Virus record (IMG/VR): IMGVR_UViG_3300020020_000003
Coordinates: 1,075-65,074 of that record
DNA length: 64,000 bases
Source: a virus
Reading direction: 5' to 3' (one strand)
The notes beneath the pieces were generated by a model. That model ran no database searches and had not been told where the DNA came from. It saw only the letters and a program-made list of their open reading frames with translations. Positions 55,257 through 64,000 of the stretch are shown piece after piece. Position 1 is the stretch's first letter. The number at the start of each line of letters is the position of its first letter. A program made the position numbers and the translations under genes.

Positions 55257-56001
55257 TGTGCTCGACCTGACCCACTTTGACGAATCTGGTGACGAATTTC
55301 TGTCGCGGCTTTATTGTCTGCGTCTTCTCTAGACATGCCAGCAGCTATCATTTCTCGTTTACGTTTCTCGAACTCTGCAAACCAGATTTCAAGTTCTGCC
55401 AATGTCTTGAGTTTATTCATGTTTTTCTCCGCCACTATTCTCAATCAATTGGAATAGCATCTTGCGAGCATAGGCGGATGTAAAAGCAGATTCATGTTGA
55501 AATAGAATGGAATCTTCAAAATTCCTATCTGCAAGATGCGTTGCTGCCCATCGTGCATAGCTGGCTGCCACCTCTTGAAGATGGATAAGCAGATTGCAGC
55601 TATCTTCTTCACTCATTTCTTTTCCAACTCTTGAATTGCCCATTCGATGTCGCCAAGTGTGATCTCCTGGCGACCATTAAGTTTTGCTCGATGTTGGATT
55701 AGTCGTAATGCACGAAGCACAGCAAGAGTCTCTGGAGATAGGTTGATCTGATGGGTCATGGTTGCTGTCCCTCCACGATAATCTTAGGCAAGGATTAACG
55801 CCCCGTTTTTCTTGCCATTAAAAGTCCCTCGAGCATGAGAGTTGCTTTGATAAGATCTCTCGCTTCCGATACTTTGAGAGCAACACCAAAGTAATCACCC
55901 CCACTACTGATTCTCGAATCAGCAGTTTTAGCTATCTCATTAGTTACTGGACGAATGAGAGTGAGAAGCGTTTCGAGTGTTTCGACGTCCATAACTGTCA
56001 T
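55253..56001 (-). other. small hypothetical ORFs (55253-55444, 55413-55643, 55795-56001)
   Basis: coupled minus-strand ORFs. Confidence 0.4.
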
Positions 56002-56274
56002 CTAAGTGATTCCGTATTTGTCAGTCGGAGGCGGCGGAACTACAGTTTTTCCGTTGAACATCATGGCTAGTGCTGTTCGATTCTTCGTTCCGGTCTTAGT
56101 ATAGGCCGTGTGTAGCCACATCTTAACAGTTCCTTCGGCAACACTCATCAGTTTTGCTATCTCTTTATTAGACAGCCCTTTGATGAGATGCTCGACAACT
56201 TCGCGCTGACGCGGTGATAATTGTCCAATGTTCGTAAGAGGACAATCATGACACGGTCTCTCTATTGAGCCCAT
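56002..56274 (-). CDS. stand-alone LuxR/GerE-type HTH regulator
   Basis: LSPRQREV...GLSNKEIA..M.VAEGTVK..L...Y.K.G.KNRT. Confidence 0.85.
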   Translation of the reverse strand: MGSIERPCHDCPLTNIGQLSPRQREVVEHLIKGLSNKEIAKLMSVAEGTVKMWLHTAYTKTGTKNRTALAMMFNGKTVVPPPPTDKYGIT

Positions 56275-56303
56275 GACAAATCTCCCAGCCTTTGTCTCTC
56301 ATG

Positions 56304-56735
56304 TTAAGTTTCCTTTCGATACATACGCCGCCCCAGTTTTCGTGACTCTTCGTGAGACAGACCTTTTATTCCAACTTGACTAGCAGGTGGCATGCGCGGA
56401 TGCGGAAAGTGAGTATCACGCCACATGTGAAGTACATAAGGATGATTGTCGATGTGGTCTTCTTTAGGCACATGATATTGAATAACTAATTCAGTCTCTT
56501 CCCAAAATAGATCTTTAATGAAACACATCTCTTCCCAATTCGGGCATCTTCTTTCGGTGCTCACACTAACATGTTCCCAACCGTGTGCATCTGGATGTTC
56601 AGCACCATTAGATATAATTCGTAATGACGCGCCGCAGGGACCCATCAATTGAAATGCTCCTGCCAGCTCCGATTTAGGATAACCGTAGCCCTCGAGACGT
56701 GCTGTCTTAAGTTTCGTTGGAACAACCCTACGCAT
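56304..56735 (-). CDS. conserved phage protein (WEHVSVS...CP.WEEMC family)
   Basis: HGWEHVSVS.ERRCPNWEEMCFIKDLFW...HP.VLHMW. Confidence 0.7.
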   Translation of the reverse strand: MRRVVPTKLKTARLEGYGYPKSELAGAFQLMGPCGASLRIISNGAEHPDAHGWEHVSVSTERRCPNWEEMCFIKDLFWEETELVIQYHVPKEDHIDNHPYVLHMWRDTHFPHPRMPPASQVGIKGLSHEESRKLGRRMYRKET

Positions 56736-56952
56736 GGCGTTTATTCCAGTTCGCCGCTGCTTCAACCCGACGCGCGTATCCGATTGAGTTTGTGTATCCG
56801 ACTGGACATTCATCTTTGACATCGCGGCAATAAACGTACCACGATGCCAAGTCCCAACTTTTGTCATGTTCGAATGAACAAGGTGAACCGCAGAATGGGC
56901 ATGGTAATAGTTCGCCGGGTTCGGCTTCGATGATCACCCGTTCTGCGGCCAT
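56728..56952 (-). CDS. Lar-like (restriction alleviation) Zn-ribbon protein
   Basis: LLPCPFCG...C...C...EAAANWNKR. Confidence 0.7.
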   Translation of the reverse strand: MAAERVIIEAEPGELLPCPFCGSPCSFEHDKSWDLASWYVYCRDVKDECPVGYTNSIGYARRVEAAANWNKRHA

Positions 56953-57008
56953 AGGCTTGTGCTCCGTTAGCCGCACAGTATATGTAGATCTGCCTGTTGA
57001 TGCAAGCT

Positions 57009-57449
57009 TTATTTTTGGAGGGTGGCTTTTACCCACCCGGTAAACCAAATCCGAAAAGTATCCCAATCGATTTCTGCAATAGCCTGCATCTGGTGACCCT
57101 CGGGAAGGGGCATTGAGATGTAGGTTCTGACTCGCCACGGTTTTTTATTCTGTCTATAGATAAGAACAGGAATTGCATTGTCTCGCTTTGCAGACGTCTC
57201 ACATTGCTTCCACCAAGTATTGACACTAAGTGTCTCTTGCCGTTTAACTTCGACTGAAAGACCGTAGCAACCAATCAGATCCGAACCTCCAATAGCAGTT
57301 TGTATCTGATTCCTCTGGATGGTACACATTCCTTTAAGACATTCTTCTCTCGGATAACCTAAGTCTGTCATTGCGAGGTAGATACAATAGTTCATTGCAT
57401 CTGCAACCTCACGTTCTCCCGTCTTTCCCTTATTAACAATGTGAATCAT
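57009..57449 (-). CDS. Holliday-junction-resolvase-like PD-(D/E)XK nuclease
   Basis: KGKTGEREVA...GSDL...VEVKRQE..SV..WW.Q. Confidence 0.75.
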   Translation of the reverse strand: MIHIVNKGKTGEREVADAMNYCIYLAMTDLGYPREECLKGMCTIQRNQIQTAIGGSDLIGCYGLSVEVKRQETLSVNTWWKQCETSAKRDNAIPVLIYRQNKKPWRVRTYISMPLPEGHQMQAIAEIDWDTFRIWFTGWVKATLQK

Positions 57450-57526
57450 TTGTTGGTACCCCTCGTTGTTAGCTGTGCTTTTTGATGTGTGCGTAGGCCG
57501 CAGCGCCGCCGCTACAGTGCGTTTCT

Positions 57527-59563
57527 CTAGCTGGCCTGTGCTGCTGTGACCGTTTGTTGATCAGGGGCTACAGCCGGCGCTACAGTGGCACCAATATCGA
57601 CTAGTATTCTCTCTGCCTCTGTAATATACCATTCATAGTTTATGTCGGTAGGGAGAGAGTCTGGAAGTACCATTAGTTCCCGAGCTCCGTCAGAACGAGG
57701 TACTTTGTTACCTGAGATAACATAGACTAATTCCCCCTCGACTCCCGTTGCATAGTACCATCTAATGGCACGACCGATATATTCGTTCCCAGCGGGTTGA
57801 ACCCTCGCAGCTCCCCCGCGTACATTGCGGACGCTGACAAACTTCGTTATGTCGGTGCAAGCTCGAATTGTGGTTTCCAATGGAATTCCCTTAACGAGAT
57901 AATTAATTACCGCATCTAGACAGACAGTTGCTGTTGGATTCTTATGCAGCTTCTGTTCAGGCTGTTCAGGCTTCGCATAAGCTCCTTTAGATTTAGTCTT
58001 TCCATCCATTTTGATTGCGATGTAGTTATTAACATCTCTAGAATAGAGAGCTTTGAATTCAGATCCCTCAGTTTCAAAACGAGTATCGAATTCCCAGGCT
58101 TTAACAATCTCATTCATTCTAGTCTGAAGAGGACGAGGGCACTTAATTACAATACCATCTGTGTTGGCACTGACAACACGAATCCCTGCAAGCTCTAGAC
58201 GTTCGATCAGAAGTAGAAGACTTAGCTGACCTGTAAGTGTGACCTGGAATAACAAATCAGGAGAATAGATAATGGAGTGCATGTTGCCTAGCTTACCGAA
58301 CGTTCCATTGACAACAATCTTCAAGGACTCAGCGACGGCCTTATTTCCAGCTCGCTTTGCCTCGAGTCGTTTGTTGACAATGGATCGATATACAGTGAGG
58401 AACGCATCTCCCATATGCTGTGGCGTCAATCCAAGATTTAGGATAATGAATGGATAATATGATGTCACGTCTTTATCTAACAGTATGAAATCATTATCGC
58501 TTATATGAGCAGCAGTCTGTTCGGAGCTGTGCAGACCTCCGATTCCCATACGATACACGGAACCATTCATCTCAATCGGAAGTTCTTTGATCTCTTTCGG
58601 CATTGCAATCGATCCGGTATAGTCGACAATGAACTCGGCGTTCGCAACAACATTCAAAGCATATTTCATCAAGTCAGATTGGAAGTTAAGATAATAAGGA
58701 ACCTTATATTTATAGACTGTACCGACTTCAACTTTAGGTCTGGTTGGGAAGCGTCCTGTAATTCTTTTGAGTTCCTTATTGATAACAGCCTCTGCAATTT
58801 GTGCGTCAGATTTCGAACGTAGGTCTACACTGAATTCATTGCTCAATTCGTAACGTAGTTCGATCTGTTCCTTCAGACATTCGCGAAGGAGTTGGGTGTT
58901 GAGAGTATCGTTTACGCAATACCAACGAACAATGATAATCTGATCTTCGCTCAGAACAGTATCTGGGTGGAATGGAAGATCTTGCATCTTCTTTGCATGG
59001 AGTCTTCCAGCATACGTTTTCAGACTTGCAAACAATGGAGCGACTTCAATTAAATCGATGTGATTAACACCGAACTTCTTAATCCTATACCTATGATGAA
59101 TCTCATAGGGGCTTACATTGAGTTTGATTAGAGCATCCGAGATCTCTTTTACGAATTCGGTTGATAAACCTTCACAGACGCAGTAACAGATTGTCAGATC
59201 GTATGAGATAGAATTGAATCCGATCGTAAGACAATTCGCCATAATCCAACGCAACCCGTGTTTATATTCGGATTGCGTAGAATCCAGATAGAAGACTTTA
59301 CCTGAGGCCACATGGGTAAATACAGCGAGGAAGTAGTTTGAGAATACTTCGACGTCGACTATAAGTTCTTCTTGCTTTACAGAGATGTCAAGCAGTTCTT
59401 CATAGGTCAATAGCTTGACTGGAAATGCCCGGGCTTCTTCAAGTCCGGGCAAATGATCGAGCCAAGTTTGTTCAGGAGGAGTACGCTTCTCCCGTTGGAT
59501 CTTTTCCTTCGGGGGTGGTGGGCTATCATCCCAAAAAAGACCCTCGACAGGATTGATCGGCAT
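57527..59563 (-). CDS. family B DNA polymerase with 3'-5' exonuclease
   Basis: DVEVF and FNSISYD exonuclease motifs; DVTSYYP (A), K..VNGTFGK (B), ANTDG (C). Confidence 0.9.
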   Translation of the reverse strand: MPINPVEGLFWDDSPPPPKEKIQREKRTPPEQTWLDHLPGLEEARAFPVKLLTYEELLDISVKQEELIVDVEVFSNYFLAVFTHVASGKVFYLDSTQSEYKHGLRWIMANCLTIGFNSISYDLTICYCVCEGLSTEFVKEISDALIKLNVSPYEIHHRYRIKKFGVNHIDLIEVAPLFASLKTYAGRLHAKKMQDLPFHPDTVLSEDQIIIVRWYCVNDTLNTQLLRECLKEQIELRYELSNEFSVDLRSKSDAQIAEAVINKELKRITGRFPTRPKVEVGTVYKYKVPYYLNFQSDLMKYALNVVANAEFIVDYTGSIAMPKEIKELPIEMNGSVYRMGIGGLHSSEQTAAHISDNDFILLDKDVTSYYPFIILNLGLTPQHMGDAFLTVYRSIVNKRLEAKRAGNKAVAESLKIVVNGTFGKLGNMHSIIYSPDLLFQVTLTGQLSLLLLIERLELAGIRVVSANTDGIVIKCPRPLQTRMNEIVKAWEFDTRFETEGSEFKALYSRDVNNYIAIKMDGKTKSKGAYAKPEQPEQKLHKNPTATVCLDAVINYLVKGIPLETTIRACTDITKFVSVRNVRGGAARVQPAGNEYIGRAIRWYYATGVEGELVYVISGNKVPRSDGARELMVLPDSLPTDINYEWYITEAERILVDIGATVAPAVAPDQQTVTAAQAS

Positions 59564-59564
59564 C

Positions 59565-59762
59565 TTAGCCCAGTACGGTCCGAGTTGCGTCCTTCAACTC
59601 TTGGACTGCTTTCGAATATTCTTCTTTGGACATATCATACGCTTGATGTGCCCGTTCCAGAGCTCGCTCATCCGCTGCAAACTTCTTTCGAGCTGCAATC
59701 AGATTGTCCTGGATAGTTCCGAGATCAACTGACTTGGTCTTGAGTGCCATTGTATCCTCCAT
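59565..59762 (-). CDS. small coiled-coil protein
   Basis: GGAGG RBS; between clamp and polymerase. Confidence 0.5.
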   Translation of the reverse strand: MEDTMALKTKSVDLGTIQDNLIAARKKFAADERALERAHQAYDMSKEEYSKAVQELKDATRTVLG

Positions 59763-59774
59763 TGGGTTTATGAT

Positions 59775-60728
59775 TTATCCACGCATACCAACAATCGCAC
59801 CACGCAACTTTTGTCCAAAGAACAGAACTGGTTGTGGATAACGTGTGAAGTCTGCTGTCTCAGCGACTCCCTCGAGTAAACGAAGCATCTTAATCTGATA
59901 GATTCCTCCAATGCCCAGACCGTTTACTTCGTAGCTGGCTCCAGTTTCTTCATCTAGATGGGTTTGGAGAACTCCGTCTTTGATATGAATGCGTGTAAGG
60001 TCATCTGAGAATGCAGTTAGATTATCAAGCGCAGGATAGAGGCGTGGGTCAATTGGAACTGGTTCACATTTATGATCTAACACTTTGCTGATGTCCGGCC
60101 ACTCTGTAACGTAGAGTTGAGTACGAATCCATCTACCACCTGGGTAATGAAAGGTGACAGAGTTATTATCAAGCTGAAGGTGGGAGGGGGGTTCCCCAAC
60201 TCGGATCACTTCTTTAACTGCCGAGCCCGGAATGTTAACCACAAACGGGATGTCGATCGCAAGCCAATATTCAATCACGCAGACGTTGTTCGTTGCGAAA
60301 GCGGACTGACCTCGTAACAGAATACCATTGGTCCAAGGACGAGATGCATCGTTACCAACAAAGGCGCTAATCTTTTCGAATGAGTCAAGTAATGCTGATC
60401 CATCGATATGAACAATGTTACCTGACGGCTCTGGATGTGTTGCATCGGTGTCAACGGTTTCAACAAAGGCTTTGAAATTACCACTCTGTACACGAAGACG
60501 TTTCTTCTCAGTCAGAGTGAGAACAACTTCCTCTTCGCAATTGGAGATTGCACGAACTAGAGTTTCAGCCTTCGGTACGCATTCCAAGTCCAATGCAATG
60601 GGACTGCAGATGGCTAGGTTACCGTTGAATGATCGAACGGTTCCTTTCTCGATACGGAAATGAGTCATTGCGGGAACAAAATCCTTCTTAGCGACCGCGC
60701 CTTGCACAAAACGAAGTTCTTTTAACAT
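59775..60728 (-). CDS. DNA polymerase sliding-clamp (beta-clamp-like) protein
   Basis: NDASRPWTNGILL...AFATNN resembles beta-clamp D.SRP.L.GV...ATD; ends GAIVGMR; adjacent to PolB. Confidence 0.7.
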   Translation of the reverse strand: MLKELRFVQGAVAKKDFVPAMTHFRIEKGTVRSFNGNLAICSPIALDLECVPKAETLVRAISNCEEEVVLTLTEKKRLRVQSGNFKAFVETVDTDATHPEPSGNIVHIDGSALLDSFEKISAFVGNDASRPWTNGILLRGQSAFATNNVCVIEYWLAIDIPFVVNIPGSAVKEVIRVGEPPSHLQLDNNSVTFHYPGGRWIRTQLYVTEWPDISKVLDHKCEPVPIDPRLYPALDNLTAFSDDLTRIHIKDGVLQTHLDEETGASYEVNGLGIGGIYQIKMLRLLEGVAETADFTRYPQPVLFFGQKLRGAIVGMRG

Positions 60729-61655
60729 CTAGAATAATTCCCTTACTCTGCCTTTATAGATGCCACCGTTAACTGCGTCGACCAAAGCGTTTATAACACC
60801 ATACGACCAGAGATTGTAAGCTGCACGAGACTCATAAACGGTGGACAACCGTTCGTAGGTAAAACCCATATCCTCAAGATGCTTGAAGATAACATCTTGT
60901 TCGATCGAAGACAAAGTTGTGGCGTGCTGACCAGCGTCATGCCGCTGTGGGCTCTTCGAGGAGACGTTAATCGGACCCCATTGTGGTGTCTGAATACCAC
61001 CGAACGCAGCAGTCTGCACCCAGGAAGATGAGTCGCAGCTATACCAAGGATATGCTTCCATAATTGGAATAGAAGTAATTCCGAATCCGTGTACTTTAAT
61101 ACGCGGGCGGCCACTGCCATCGACTAGATACTTATCCCAGATTCTATCGAGCCACTTCATAAGCTGTGTGGATGAAGCTCCGACCATGCCGCCTAATGTG
61201 ATGTATTCATAATTCTTAACATAGTGCTCAAGATAACGTTCGTCCTCACCTGAATGGAAACAAGGTAACGGACGGACACCCCGAGCTTCCATCTCGCATT
61301 GGTTGCGATATGTCTGAAGTGGGTCACCAATACCGTCGAGCACAGACGCCATTACAACTCCGTCTTCGACGCGTATGATATCTAAATTGCGTTTGATGTA
61401 CTCACAGTATTCGGCAACCGAAAGATCTACCTTGAGTGTGTAAGCAGAGAACGCTCCTGAGTCAAGGAACACCCGTACTTTATCTTCGCGCATGGCGTCG
61501 ACAAACTTTTGCTTTCCGACGTAATGATATGATTCTAGAATGTGCGGGACGGCATCAACTAACCGTTTCTCATTGTCGGTCAAATTCTGGTAGCGACCGG
61601 AGTTACCCCCGGCGCGATATCCGTTTGTGTAGATAGCAGCTAGATAGATATGCAT
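60729..61655 (-). CDS. dpdA: DpdA, 7-deazaguanine DNA transglycosylase (TGT-like)
   Basis: FLDSGAFSA, P.FH.GED, LGGMV, KVHGFG, PWYSCDSSSW; clustered with folE and queD. Confidence 0.88.
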   Translation of the reverse strand: MHIYLAAIYTNGYRAGGNSGRYQNLTDNEKRLVDAVPHILESYHYVGKQKFVDAMREDKVRVFLDSGAFSAYTLKVDLSVAEYCEYIKRNLDIIRVEDGVVMASVLDGIGDPLQTYRNQCEMEARGVRPLPCFHSGEDERYLEHYVKNYEYITLGGMVGASSTQLMKWLDRIWDKYLVDGSGRPRIKVHGFGITSIPIMEAYPWYSCDSSSWVQTAAFGGIQTPQWGPINVSSKSPQRHDAGQHATTLSSIEQDVIFKHLEDMGFTYERLSTVYESRAAYNLWSYGVINALVDAVNGGIYKGRVRELF

Positions 61656-61667
61656 CCGATGACCCAA

Positions 61668-62525
61668 TTATTTTGATCTTCTGTCTGTACCAACTGTACG
61701 CATAGCTTCACGTTCTACTATTAGAGCATCTCTTTTATCAATATCGAATTGGGAAGGGGTCAATTCGATATTCATATTTTTCCAATTGAATTGAGTTGCT
61801 CCACGAAGATGTTTACGAACATAGATTTCCATATCGGGATCGTGACGTTTTTGTCTCCAATGATTAGTAATCCAAGTCATTAACGCTTCACGACGATCTT
61901 TACCCTCAGGAAGATCACGAACTCGAAACATATCTTTAATACCAGTCGGATCGGTAGCAAAACGAATTGAAGGAGTATCTTTAAACGAAAGTGAAATTGC
62001 CCATTCATAACGTTGACTTAACGCGACTGCAATGGATGCACTAACAACGTGACCTTGACTATTGTTACTTTCTCTCAATCTTTTGAATTGTTTTGTAGCG
62101 TCTATCCAAGAATTATTAATCCATGCAAACAGGTCTGAACCAAAGATTAATCTACCATCTGATTCAGTAGCATAATCTAAACGAATCATGAATTTACTAA
62201 ACCGACTGGCGTAAGGTCGAGCTTCTTTCATATTAATGGTTTTGACATTAGCGAGAAATAAATCACCAAGACGACCTCCTTTCTCAACTATTAATCCAAC
62301 ATCGATTGGCCAGATTACATCGGGAATGCACTCTTCAGGACTAAACCATGTCTTATTACGAACTTCTTCTATCCCAAAACCCAATGGTTCTAATCGTCTA
62401 AGTTTACTTAATTGTGAAAAAGAAAGTAGATCATTTCTTGTTTCAGCTTTCTGTTTAGGTAATTCCTCTATGATCTTAATGATCTTAATAGCAGAGTTGT
62501 AAATCTCATCTCTAGTCATAACCAT
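61668..62525 (-). CDS. AT-rich hypothetical protein inserted in the dpd cluster
   Basis: about 33% GC in sampled lines vs about 50% in dpdA; NHWRQ...VRKHLRG motif. Confidence 0.6.
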   Translation of the reverse strand: MVMTRDEIYNSAIKIIKIIEELPKQKAETRNDLLSFSQLSKLRRLEPLGFGIEEVRNKTWFSPEECIPDVIWPIDVGLIVEKGGRLGDLFLANVKTINMKEARPYASRFSKFMIRLDYATESDGRLIFGSDLFAWINNSWIDATKQFKRLRESNNSQGHVVSASIAVALSQRYEWAISLSFKDTPSIRFATDPTGIKDMFRVRDLPEGKDRREALMTWITNHWRQKRHDPDMEIYVRKHLRGATQFNWKNMNIELTPSQFDIDKRDALIVEREAMRTVGTDRRSK

Positions 62526-62551
62526 AACCGCTCTCCGTTGATATTATATTT

Positions 62552-63106
62552 CTATTTCATCCCAAGAAATTCCGAACGAGCGGAGTCTTCGGTCTTAAAC
62601 ACACCACGTAGAGCACTCGTGACAGTGTAGTGTCCCTGTTGACAGATGCCTCGCGACTCCATACACAGGTGACGGGCCCGCACTATAACGCCACAACCCA
62701 GAGGGTTCAGTGCTTCACTAATGGCGTCAGCGATTTGACACGTCAGGCGTTCCTGTACTTGCAGGCGGCGGGAGTAGATCTGTAGTAACCGCCCGAGCTT
62801 ACTCAATCCAACAATACGTTTGTGAGGTAGGTAACCTATTGTCGCAGTGCCAAAGAATGGAGCAAGATGGTGTTCGCAATGGGAATAGAAAGGTAGATCT
62901 TTGATTACGACCATCTCGTCTACACCTTCGGATCCATCAACAAAGGTCTTGAGAACACTAAGGGGATCCATCTCGTAGCCTGAAGTCCAGAACTCCCAGG
63001 CGCTAGTTACACGATCTGGTGTCTCGATTAGACCTTCTCGATTCGCATCTTCTCCCTTGATGTTCTTGAGAACAGCTCTGAACGCTTCGCGCAGAGTCTC
63101 GGCCAT
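62552..63106 (-). CDS. folE: GTP cyclohydrolase I
   Basis: REGLIETPDRV, SHCEHHLAPF, GLSKL.R...RRLQVQERLT, HLCMESRG. Confidence 0.95.
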   Translation of the reverse strand: MAETLREAFRAVLKNIKGEDANREGLIETPDRVTSAWEFWTSGYEMDPLSVLKTFVDGSEGVDEMVVIKDLPFYSHCEHHLAPFFGTATIGYLPHKRIVGLSKLGRLLQIYSRRLQVQERLTCQIADAISEALNPLGCGVIVRARHLCMESRGICQQGHYTVTSALRGVFKTEDSARSEFLGMK

Positions 63107-63140
63107 GCTTTGCTCCGTTGTGGCAATTATAAACGGGATG

Positions 63141-63539
63141 CTACGCTTTTACAAGTAGATTTTGCAAGAATAATTTGATATCTTCAAATCTAGGTACAAT
63201 AATCGTGCAGTGAAATTTGAGCCAAGGTCCAACAGATTTTTCAGTTGGATTCCAAGCAACGATTGGAATCATTAGGCTATGAGCGTAAAATATTTCCATC
63301 GCAGTCCCCCATGAAGGCATATCAATTAGAGCAAGAACTGCATCGCATGATTTAATAGCATCAAGATCACCCTTGACAAGTCTCTCTATAGCTTCTTCAC
63401 TGTCTTCGTTGTCGATAAATAATTCGATCTTAGTTGGATCAACTACTTCCCAGCCTTCTGGCATCTTAGTAGCGAGTTTGCGTCTCCATGAAATTGGATC
63501 CGCTACATTTCGTATGGGACCTGCGAGATATACTTTCAT
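63141..63539 (-). CDS. nucleoside 2-deoxyribosyltransferase / dNMP glycosidase-like protein
   Basis: KVYLAGP, DLDAI..CDAVLA, GTAMEI.YA...IPIV. Confidence 0.8.
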   Translation of the reverse strand: MKVYLAGPIRNVADPISWRRKLATKMPEGWEVVDPTKIELFIDNEDSEEAIERLVKGDLDAIKSCDAVLALIDMPSWGTAMEIFYAHSLMIPIVAWNPTEKSVGPWLKFHCTIIVPRFEDIKLFLQNLLVKA

Positions 63540-63724
63540 GAGTGATCTACCTTAACAAGTCTCCACTCTGCAACCCATTGTTCTTTTAGTTCACCGTTAT
63601 TCCACCACGATACCTGAATCGTTACATCGTGAGGGTAGAAAGCAAAGCCTATCACAAAGGCGTTGACACTACCTCCATCGATACGTACTACATCTCCAAA
63701 CGTGAACTTGCTTTCGAGCTTCAT
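63536..63724 (-). CDS. small SH3/KOW-like hypothetical protein
   Basis: FTFGDVVRI...; coupled between queD and the NDT-like gene. Confidence 0.5.
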   Translation of the reverse strand: MKLESKFTFGDVVRIDGGSVNAFVIGFAFYPHDVTIQVSWWNNGELKEQWVAEWRLVKVDHS

Positions 63725-64000
63725 TGTTCCTCCATAAAGATTGCAGAGTTAGCACCATGCTCACATACTTCAACAGACCGCATACGCACACGCGGATAGT
63801 AACCATTATCGACTAACCAGATCACAGCGCATTCATAAATCATCTGTGCGAACGCTTCGCACCCTGTGGCAGGCACGATAGTTATCTGGGCAAGCCCAAG
63901 GCTTGCCATGATCTCGAGAGCAGATCGATGTGGATCGTCTTCAGCAATCAACAGGCGATGATCAAAGGTCTTTTCTAACCAACCCTTGAAACCTTTCAGG
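63721..64000 (-). CDS. queD: 6-carboxytetrahydropterin synthase (QueD), 5'-truncated by window edge
   Basis: frame read from the edge gives LKGFKGWLEKTFDHRLLIAEDDP...GCEAFA...VEVCEHGANSA. Confidence 0.85.
   Translation of the reverse strand, partial: LKGFKGWLEKTFDHRLLIAEDDPHRSALEIMASLGLAQITIVPATGCEAFAQMIYECAVIWLVDNGYYPRVRMRSVEVCEHGANSAIFMEEQ

Noticed and set aside
61668-62525. Homing endonuclease in the dpd cluster
   Set aside because: No HNH, GIY-YIG or LAGLIDADG motif recognised
1-64000. Prophage or temperate status
   Set aside because: No integrase, repressor-antirepressor switch or flanking host genes in the window

Overview
The whole window is phage DNA from a lytic-looking tailed dsDNA phage with a contractile tail; no integrase, host genes or CRISPR were seen. 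An alphaproteobacterial (Rhizobiales-like) host is inferred. Layout: (1) 1-13.2 kb, mostly minus strand: Cas4-like nuclease, DUF669-type SSB, Sak4-like ATPase, SLOG protein, primase-polymerase/helicase fusion, many small early genes, and a largely non-coding control block (about 10.8-14.3 kb) with iteron-like arrays, a structured RNA and an atypical tRNA. (2) 13.4-50.4 kb, plus strand: a NusG-like gene, terminase, HK97-type head, Mu-like contractile tail and baseplate, about 7 fibre/spike genes and lysis genes. The virion proteins are strikingly Cys-rich, recalling the disulfide-crosslinked Agrobacterium phage Milano/7-7-1 group. (3) 50.6-64 kb, minus strand: small genes, two MazG-like proteins, a LuxR-type HTH, a resolvase-like nuclease, family B DNA polymerase, a sliding-clamp-like protein and a 7-deazaguanine DNA-modification cluster (dpdA, folE, a deoxyribosyltransferase-like gene, queD truncated by the window edge). 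The best candidate for an undescribed system is a late-operon gate: a NusG paralog whose own gene is an extreme C-rich/G-poor (Rho rut-like) tract, followed by a 150-nt multi-stem RNA and a strong intrinsic terminator directly before terS. All family calls come from motif recognition by eye and no searches were run; base counts are hand counts.
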